Below the pieces are notes generated by a model. It did not search any database, had not been told where the DNA came from, and saw only the letters and a list, made by a program, of their open reading frames with translations. Source: an uncultured Rhabdochlamydiaceae bacterium (GTDB taxonomy: Bacteria; Chlamydiota; Chlamydiia; Chlamydiales; Rhabdochlamydiaceae). Taken from it: a stretch of 64,000 nt of DNA. The DNA lies in assembly GCA_963712275.1 (NCBI GenBank), contig CAVQHD010000001.1, forward strand, positions 480,001-544,000, read 5' to 3'. The translations under genes and the position numbers were made by a program. Within the stretch, counting starts at the first letter, position 1. Each line of letters opens with the position of its first letter. Of the stretch, positions 1 to 6,799 are shown piece by piece.

Positions 1-983
1 CCAATCCCCGACACGTCAAAATCGGGAACGCATTGAGCAGAAAGAAGTTGGTAATTTGCATCAAAGGCCCAATCTCCCGCAAGCTTAAGCGCTCCAATGT
101 TAAACCCTAAATACCCCCCCAAATTCGCTTTCTTGTGATTTGTAAGATCCATCGGCCGGGCTCGATGATTGCAAAGCCCTCCAAAATAGATCACAACAGG
201 TCGATCCAAAGACTGTGGGATCCATTTATAGCCTAGGATGAGCTGGGAAATGATGAAATGAAACTGCGGAGGACATTTATCGACGTCCTTAGTGTCCCAA
301 TCGATGAAGGAATATTTTGTGTAGAAACCTGTATTTGCGATATTGAGAACGCCGAATTCTCCAACATAGGCAGCTTGACTTCTCCTCTCATTCACGATAA
401 AAGCGCCAATTTGATAATAGAGGTCCCCCACATTATCAATTGCATAACTGTCTTTAAAGGCAACTCCATCGAAATTCGAGCCAAACTGCAGTCTTGAATC
501 AAAGACTCCAACCATCGGTCCCCTTCTCCCCACATCGAGGTCCATGGTATGCCGATCGCCATCTTTTAAACGGTACCCCCAGTATGCTCTCTCGACTTTT
601 AATTTATTGCTTGTTCCGCTTCCAAAATGTTCGTCCAAAAGCCCTGCGTCGTTATCAAAACGGAGGCGTGCCGCGAGCCACGACCGCTCTGTGCGGTAGT
701 CGACCATGAGATTAAACTCGACATCATACCGGTTCTTTGGAGTCGTATTACCATGCCCTCTGACTGGATGTCCATTTTTCACTTCTGATGTCGTTTGAAA
801 TTCCGCATGAACATCGCCGCTGATGGAGAGTTGACCGCCCAATTCACGGACAGTGATCATCCGCTTAGAGTTAATCCAATCCCGCAATGACTGAATATCT
901 TCTTGATCGACATCCACTCCATAGGCAACTCCTGTTAACAAAAGCATAGAGCTGAATAACGCGAGCCGGCGAGAAAATATCAT
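1..983 (-). CDS. Chlamydial outer-membrane beta-barrel/porin-like protein (CHLPN 76 kDa homolog-like); runs off the window edge
   Basis: Manual translation from ATG at 983 (RBS AGGAG): signal peptide MIFSRRLALFSSMLLLTGVAYG, then alternating beta-strand segments (YDVEFNLMVDYRT, ERAYWGY, GDWAFDANYQ); no stop before position 1. Confidence 0.6.
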   Translation of the reverse strand, partial: MIFSRRLALFSSMLLLTGVAYGVDVDQEDIQSLRDWINSKRMITVRELGGQLSISGDVHAEFQTTSEVKNGHPVRGHGNTTPKNRYDVEFNLMVDYRTERSWLAARLRFDNDAGLLDEHFGSGTSNKLKVERAYWGYRLKDGDRHTMDLDVGRRGPMVGVFDSRLQFGSNFDGVAFKDSYAIDNVGDLYYQIGAFIVNERRSQAAYVGEFGVLNIANTGFYTKYSFIDWDTKDVDKCPPQFHFIISQLILGYKWIPQSLDRPVVIYFGGLCNHRARPMDLTNHKKANLGGYLGFNIGALKLAGDWAFDANYQLLSAQCVPDFDVSGI

Positions 984-1044
984 GGACCTCTCCTATGTCT
1001 TAGTATGAGACGTCAACTATAACGGTGTCATCTGTTTTTTGTAA

Positions 1045-1530
1045 ATGAGTGTTTTTTTCTTGCCTGTGCAAATACAATGCGCCATATTGGTTGCTTCAAT
1101 ACTAAACCCATGGCAACAAATGACGACTTATTTTAGGCAAGCTCAAGGGCTCCCTGCTTACAACTCTTATGAAGTCAGCATCTTAACAGACGCTGATTCT
1201 GCAATCAAAGCACGAGAACGGGGAAAAATCGCAACAATTGTCGGGTTAGTTGGTCTTGCAGGCAGCCCTGTCTTTGGTTATGATCCAGCGGCTCCTTTCT
1301 TTATCATAATGGTAGGCCTCAGTAGTTGGATCGGCGGTTATCAAGTCAGTCAGCATTTAGAGCCGAAAGCTCAAGCAATGCTCCAAACGCTTCGGCAACG
1401 ACAAGCTGAAGATGCTGCACAGGGACCAAGAACAAGGATAAATTTTAGCACGCGCCAAGAACTCGAACAATCAAAGCGCAAGCTACTTTTGTCTCTAGTA
1501 GAGTCCGAGTCTACCAATACAACCCGATAA
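1045..1530 (+). CDS. Hypothetical membrane protein with a bilobed hydrophobic segment (Inc-like); true start possibly 1120
   Basis: 161-aa ORF with two adjacent hydrophobic stretches (IATIVGLVGLAG...FFIIMVGLSSWIGG). Confidence 0.5.
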   Translation: MSVFFLPVQIQCAILVASILNPWQQMTTYFRQAQGLPAYNSYEVSILTDADSAIKARERGKIATIVGLVGLAGSPVFGYDPAAPFFIIMVGLSSWIGGYQVSQHLEPKAQAMLQTLRQRQAEDAAQGPRTRINFSTRQELEQSKRKLLLSLVESESTNTTR

Positions 1531-1606
1531 TTTTTCCAAAAACAGGAGGTTTATCCTCTAGCGCCGAAAAACACGGCCCTTCAGGGCCGTGATGTAAGGC
1601 GCCACG

Positions 1607-2023
1607 CTAACTTGGTGCGTTTTGCTGCTCAATATATTGCCTAATGATAGAGATTGGCGCTCCTCCGCAGGACCCAGCAAAATAACTTGGCGACCATAAC
1701 GCATTGCCCCAAAGAGCACACTTGATCGTAGGGTAATTCTTTTGACGAATCATTCTTGAAGAGACTCCCTTTAAAGAGTTAACCAGTCGAGAAATAGCTG
1801 TTTTGGCAGTATAGTTCACAAGTAAATGCACATGATCTCTTTCTCCTTCAAACTCTACCAAAGAGGCCTCAAAGTCTTTGCACACACTTTGAAACACCTC
1901 CTTTAGATCAGAAAGAATTTCCCTTGTGAAGACAGCTCTTCGATATTTTGTCACAAAGACCAAGTGAACATGAAGAGCAAAGACACAACTCCTGCCTCTT
2001 CTTAAATCTATTGATTTTAACAT
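1607..2023 (-). CDS. tnpA: IS200/IS605 Y1 (HUH) transposase
   Basis: HVHLVFVTKYRR, DHVHLL (HUH), LWSPSYF and IRQYIEQQ motifs. Confidence 0.95.
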   Translation of the reverse strand: MLKSIDLRRGRSCVFALHVHLVFVTKYRRAVFTREILSDLKEVFQSVCKDFEASLVEFEGERDHVHLLVNYTAKTAISRLVNSLKGVSSRMIRQKNYPTIKCALWGNALWSPSYFAGSCGGAPISIIRQYIEQQNAPS

Positions 2024-2046
2024 AAACCAAATATAAAATTGATTCC

Positions 2047-3233
2047 ATGATTATCAATCGGGGATTCAAATTCAAGCTAAAACCGACAACTTTACATAGA
2101 AAGAAGTTTTTGTGTTTTGCAGGAGCAGCTCGATGGGTCTTCAACCATGGATTACATCAGAAGAAAACAGCCTTTGAAGCCACAGGAAAGAGCCCCTCAT
2201 ATTTCGAGCAGAACAAAGAACTCACCGTTTTGAAAGAGCAGCCTGAAACTTCTTGGCTAGAGGAGATTCACAGCCAGGTTCTCCAACAAAAACTCAAAGA
2301 CCTCGACCGCTCTTTTCAGCATTTTTTTAGAAGAGCCAAGAAAGGAGAAACCCCTGGATATCCAAAATTCAAGAAGAAGGGCATCGGAGAAAGCTTTCGG
2401 TTCCCACAAGGAGTCAAACTCTCAGGCTCGCAAGTTTTTCTACCGAAAATCGGCTGGGTTAAATTTCGCAAGTCCCGAGAGCTTCCAGGCGAAATTAAGG
2501 AAGTTACAATTCTTCAAGAAGGCAAAGCCTGGTTTGTCTCCTTTTCCTGCGAGTGGCAGCAAAACGATCCCGCACCGCCGCCCATCGATGAAGATCGAGC
2601 CGTTGGAATCGATGTAGGAGTTACCCGTTTTGCCACAACAGCCTCTACAAAGGAAAACCACAGAACCGATATCGAAAACCCCCGTTTTCTGACACAGCTT
2701 CTCCCACATTTACGCTACCTATCCAGACAATTCTCCAAAAAGTCAAGAAGAGCAAAAACAGCTTCAAAGCCAGACAAAGGCTCTCAAGTCTGTATGCACG
2801 CATCAAAAACCTTAGAAACGATTTTGTACAAAAACTCTCCTCAAAGATGATCAAAAACCACGACATCTTTTGCATCGAGAGTTTAGATATAATGAACCTC
2901 CTCAAAGACAGCAGCAAAACGCTTTCCCGAGCTATCTCAGATGCCGGTTGGAGATCTTTTCTGCAGTGTCTCAAATACAAAGCAGAAGAGAGAGGAAGAT
3001 ATCTCATAGAGGCAGGCAAATACTTTCCCAGCAGTCAAATCTGCGCATCTTGCGCCTACCAGCAAAAGATGCCCCTTGCTGTGCGGGAATATAATTGTCC
3101 TAATTGCAGGACTAAGAACGACCGCGATTACAATAGTGCCATAGTTCTAAAGGCCGCCGGAATGTCGGTCCTAAAAGCCCGTGGAGCTGCCCTCATTAGA
3201 GGGAGCGTTGAAGCAGGAATCTCGACCCTTTAG
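2047..3233 (+). pseudogene. tnpB: RNA-guided endonuclease TnpB, frameshifted
   Basis: ORFs 2047-2850 and 2847-3233 join into one TnpB if one A is added to the A5 run at 2737-2741 (FSKK-VKKSKNSFKARQRL...); RuvC GIDVG, IESL, NDRDYNSA and Zn finger CASC/CPNC present. Confidence 0.88.
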
Positions 3234-3245
3234 GGCCGAGAGGTT

Positions 3246-5095
3246 GTGCGCCTGTGAACGCATACCAACAGTGTGGTGAAAGTCCACATCGATGAGAGCT
3301 ACCTCATCGTAATCGAAAGTAACTGCGTCACCGCGAGGTGAGGTGGAGAGCAACTGGAGATGAAAACTTAGTCCGTAGGATAACGAACCTGTTTCAGCGA
3401 GGATAGATGGCCAGCTTCTACATCTCGAGTGAAGCCTGAAGAAAAAAAAAATCACCGTTTGCATCCAGTAGAAATGATGACAAGCGGACTATCAGCGTGG
3501 TTGAGGACGGAATGAGTAGAAGGTGGTATACCTAAACAGGGATGACTGCGGGACTATAGGAGAACCCGCAGTAAACAGAACCCTCATAGTACCGATGAAG
3601 TAACGGACAGTATAATCGTATGGAGGGAAGGAGGGTAGGAAAGTAAATTCGCAAAGACCAGATGGTTTTCCGAAAGGAGTTTCGCAAGTGTTTAACAAAA
3701 CTAAGCAAGAAACGGAAGCAACCCACAGTAGACCCCGAAAGGAAAGGTGGAACTGGGTGGAACGAACAATATGGACAGATCGAATGCTGATGGCTCTGGA
3801 CAACGGGGTCAAAGGAAGCAAGTGGTTTAGTGTGATTGACAAAGTCTATAGGTCAACAACTTTAACAAAAGCGTGGCAGAATGCTGCGGCCAATAAAGGT
3901 GCAGCAGGTATAGATAAGGTCACAATCGAACGGTTCAAAGAGAATGCAGATAAGTATCTACTAGAACTGACGATGGAACTAAGCAGGGAGACATATAAAC
4001 CCTCGCAAATTAGGAGAACGTACATCCCGAAAAGCGATGGTAAGATGAGGCCTCTCGGCATTCCCATAGTCAAAGACCGCATCGTACAAGGAGCCATCAA
4101 ACTGGCTATAGAACCCATCTGGGAGAAAGAATTTCTCACAACCAGCTATGGTTTTAGGCCAAATAAAGGAGCCCATGATGCAGTCAAGGAAGTCAGTCGA
4201 CACATAGAAGAAGGAAATATCTACGTGGTCGATGCTGATATCAAAGGTTATTTTGATAATATACCACACGAACGACTCATGGAGTTAGTAAAGACAAAGA
4301 TAGCAGATAGCAGGGTACTAAAACTCATCGAGGAGTTCCTAAGAGCAGGGATAATCGAAGAGATGAAGGAATGGACTCCTACCCAGGGAACACCCCAGGG
4401 AGGGGTCTTGAGCCCACTACTTGCAAACATATATCTACATCCTCTAGATACCCTGAGTAGCAAATGTGGATACAAAATGGTCCGATATTGTGATGACTTT
4501 GTAATACTATGTCAAAGCGAACAAGAAGCACGAAATGCTTTAGAGGCTGTTGAGCAATGGATGAAAGGAAACGGCCTGGAACTACATCCGGAGAAAACAA
4601 GGATCTGTAACTGCATGGTAGAAGGACAAGGATTTGATTTTCTTGGCTTTCGATTCGAACGCGGTTACAAGTTCGTACGCAAGAAAAGCTATGAACGACT
4701 GAAAGAGAAAATCCGAGAAAATACCAAACGCACCGGGGGTAAGTCTATAGTAGAAGCCATCAAAACGATGAACAAAATGCTCGTAGGATGGATTAACTAC
4801 TTTAAAATAGCCCAAGGAGAAGTGTATAGACAAACGGATCATCTAATAAGGCGAAGGCTTAGAGCAATGCTGCGAAAGCAGCAAAAGCGACCGGGAATGG
4901 GTAAGACGTTCGACGATCACATAAAATGGCCAAATGAATACTTCGCTGGACTCGGCCTGTTCTCCCTAGAAGCAGCCCGAAGAACATTTAGACTAGCGAA
5001 TCAGTCCCGATGAGGAAATTATTAACTGGAGAGCCGTATGCGGGAAAACCGCCCGTACGGTTCGGAGGGAGGGGCGGGAACGCCCCTACCCCTAT
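3246..5095 (+). mobile_element. Group II intron
   Basis: 5' GTGCG at 3246; domain V GAGCCGTATGCGGGAAAACCGCCCGTACGGTTC (~5031-5063, AGC triad); domain VI ending CCCTAT at 5095; encodes RT/maturase. Confidence 0.92.
3688..5013 (+). CDS. ltrA: Group II intron reverse transcriptase/maturase without endonuclease domain
   Basis: RPLGIP, SYGFRP, GTPQGGVLSPLLAN, RYCDD, FDFLGF and domain X (GWINYF); 441 aa, no C-terminal HNH. Confidence 0.95.
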   Translation: MFNKTKQETEATHSRPRKERWNWVERTIWTDRMLMALDNGVKGSKWFSVIDKVYRSTTLTKAWQNAAANKGAAGIDKVTIERFKENADKYLLELTMELSRETYKPSQIRRTYIPKSDGKMRPLGIPIVKDRIVQGAIKLAIEPIWEKEFLTTSYGFRPNKGAHDAVKEVSRHIEEGNIYVVDADIKGYFDNIPHERLMELVKTKIADSRVLKLIEEFLRAGIIEEMKEWTPTQGTPQGGVLSPLLANIYLHPLDTLSSKCGYKMVRYCDDFVILCQSEQEARNALEAVEQWMKGNGLELHPEKTRICNCMVEGQGFDFLGFRFERGYKFVRKKSYERLKEKIRENTKRTGGKSIVEAIKTMNKMLVGWINYFKIAQGEVYRQTDHLIRRRLRAMLRKQQKRPGMGKTFDDHIKWPNEYFAGLGLFSLEAARRTFRLANQSR

Positions 5096-5462
5096 CAAGT
5101 CTGTCAAATCAATCGATTTAGCGTGGATTGTGGTTAAAGATTTCAAAAAGGCGCTCAAATTTTACACCGAAGTCGTCGGCCTTCAACTAAAAGAGCTCAA
5201 TGAACAGCACGGCTGGGCTGAACTCCAAGGAGAGGACGGCGCTCGTTTAGGCATTGGGCAATGCCATGCAATGAACCCTATCCAACCAGGGCAAAACGCT
5301 GTTGTCACTTTTACAGTTGAAGATCTTGAGAAAGCCAAAGCAGAAATGGTCAAGAAAGGAACAATTTGCGTTGGGGATGTTCTTGAAGTGCCTGGACAAG
5401 TCAAAATGCAATCGATGCAAGACTTGGATGGAAATCAGTTTCAAATTGTACAGACTCTCTAA
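5010..5462 (+). CDS. VOC/glyoxalase-family protein; native start codon disrupted by the IS (native body 5099-5462)
   Basis: IVVKDFKKALKFYTEVVGL...FTVEDLEKA...DLDGNQFQI fold signature; first ~30 aa are read from intron domains V-VI. Confidence 0.8.
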   Translation: MRKLLTGEPYAGKPPVRFGGRGGNAPTPIKSVKSIDLAWIVVKDFKKALKFYTEVVGLQLKELNEQHGWAELQGEDGARLGIGQCHAMNPIQPGQNAVVTFTVEDLEKAKAEMVKKGTICVGDVLEVPGQVKMQSMQDLDGNQFQIVQTL

Positions 5463-6232
5463 AACCTGACATTGCCCCCGAAGGAAATCGCTTGCTCATC
5501 GATCATTTGTACTTCGGCAAATAGATCGAATTTTTTCCCAGGGGAAATTGTAAAGCCGACAGCCATTCCAAACCGATCTCGACTCAGCATTTTGAAATGA
5601 GAGTGGGGATAGATGGCAGGAGGAATGCCCTTGATTGTCGCGTGTACATTGGAGTATTTCACCCCGAGATAAGGCGTAAGCCAATCGGCTGTATAAGAGA
5701 CCGCAAAAGAGGCTTGCCATTCACAGTATTTTAAATGACCGCCCGTATTTGAGGAATCGCCATCGACTGCCATCCATTTGATCCCTGGATTTCCATATTG
5801 AACTTTTCCATCGACTCCAATCACTGCCTGCCCCCACTGAGCTAGCAGAAGGCGCCCTCCTCCCCCTGCCGTCCACCCGCCATGGGTTTGGTACTCCCGA
5901 CGCTTATGATCTAGATGAGGCCGATGGCAGATCTCCCCAATCATGGACCCGACAGAGCCATACAGTTCCACCCGATCTAGATAATTCAAAACAAAAATTC
6001 CCTGATCAAAGGAGAGTTCTGTCGTATCAATTCTGCCATGCGCCTTTCCATACGCTCGCAATTTACGATCAGCCACGCGATCTCCTTCATATCCCACCTT
6101 CACCCCTATCGATGCATCCTGAGCAATCCAAAATCCCTGGTTGATAATCTGAGGCTCAGCCGGGTTGCCAACCGTCAGCGCCGAAAGAGATCTCAATGCA
6201 ATCAAAAATAGAACCCGCAGATATTTCATCAA
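5459..6232 (-). CDS. Chlamydial MOMP/PorB-like outer-membrane porin
   Basis: Signal peptide then LTVGNPAEP (cf. MOMP LPVGNPAEP), EWQAS, PYLGVKYS, C-terminal F. Confidence 0.8.
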   Translation of the reverse strand: MMKYLRVLFLIALRSLSALTVGNPAEPQIINQGFWIAQDASIGVKVGYEGDRVADRKLRAYGKAHGRIDTTELSFDQGIFVLNYLDRVELYGSVGSMIGEICHRPHLDHKRREYQTHGGWTAGGGGRLLLAQWGQAVIGVDGKVQYGNPGIKWMAVDGDSSNTGGHLKYCEWQASFAVSYTADWLTPYLGVKYSNVHATIKGIPPAIYPHSHFKMLSRDRFGMAVGFTISPGKKFDLFAEVQMIDEQAISFGGNVRF

Positions 6233-6293
6233 CCTTTCACTCCAACTCCATTCTACTTTTTATAAACAATTCTCGGCAGCACTCTTCTGGTAC

Positions 6294-6473
6294 TTAAACT
6301 GAAAACTTCCGGCAACATCCTACCCCCACGAACCAAGGGTTGTAGGCGCTGCGGCTGACGGAGAGGCCGTTCGCGGCATAGAGGCCAACAACCACTGCAG
6401 CATCATGGTCATAGAGTTCTTGACGCTGCATCAAGATTTGTGGACTGTCAGAATAAAGCCCTTGCCCTGCACT
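6294..6473 (-). pseudogene. Orphan 3' end of a diverged paralog of the DGR target C-terminal domain
   Basis: Translates SAGQGLYSDSPQILMQRQELYDHDAAVVVGLYAANGLSVSRSAYNPWFVGVGCCRKFSV*, aligning to target ends STGQKLYSDSPWTYMRCQELY...VVGGFAAGGL...VGVGCRRKF*. Confidence 0.85.
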
Positions 6474-6474
6474 A

Positions 6475-6660
6475 ATGCAGACCAGGCGGCGGCTGAAAAG
6501 ACGGCTTAAGGAAACCTACAAGGCGTATCAAAAAGATGATCTAACCTACGTTCAAATGGATCAGAAGGTTCAGTCCTATTTAGGAATCTTATCTCATGCC
6601 AATGAGTTTCATTTTTCACAGGCGATCAAAAATGCGTACTGGATCAGAAAATGTCTCTAA
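6475..6660 (+). pseudogene. Duplicated 3' end of the DGR RT gene
   Basis: Copy of 11195-11380 with 3 substitutions; start of a ~960-bp block (6475-~7437) homologous to 11195-~12158. Confidence 0.93.
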
Positions 6661-6799
6661 AAAAGAGCCCCACTCACCCGGCTGGGTCCCCCGGAAAAGA
6701 TCCCAGCGATGTAAGACCACCCTTTTCCCCTTCCCAACTTGCTGGCCAAGTTACCAAGCGCTCTTTCCAATTTCCAAGGGACCCAAGGCCCAAGGGCTG

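Larger units (their letters stand above)
1555..5098. mobile_element. IS200/IS605-family insertion sequence (IS605 group, divergent tnpA/tnpB) with a group II intron inside its right end
   Basis: Target TTAT at 1551-1554; left-end hairpin CACGGCCCT-TC-AGGGCCGTG 1572-1591; right-end GAAT guide plus hairpin CTCGACCCT-TT-AGGGCCGAG ~3217-3240; terminal TCAA reconstituted after removing the intron (T3245 + CAA 5096-5098). Confidence 0.85.

Noticed and set aside
258..709. Two short plus-strand ORFs
   Set aside because: Antisense to the continuous outer-membrane protein frame at 1-983
3688..5013. Second RT as the possible DGR enzyme or a retron
   Set aside because: Has PQGG and domain X and lies within clear group II intron ends; the DGR RT is 10340-11380
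6294..6473. Fourth active VR
   Set aside because: Many non-adenine differences from TR, altered G/C tract, no conserved downstream block, no upstream gene body
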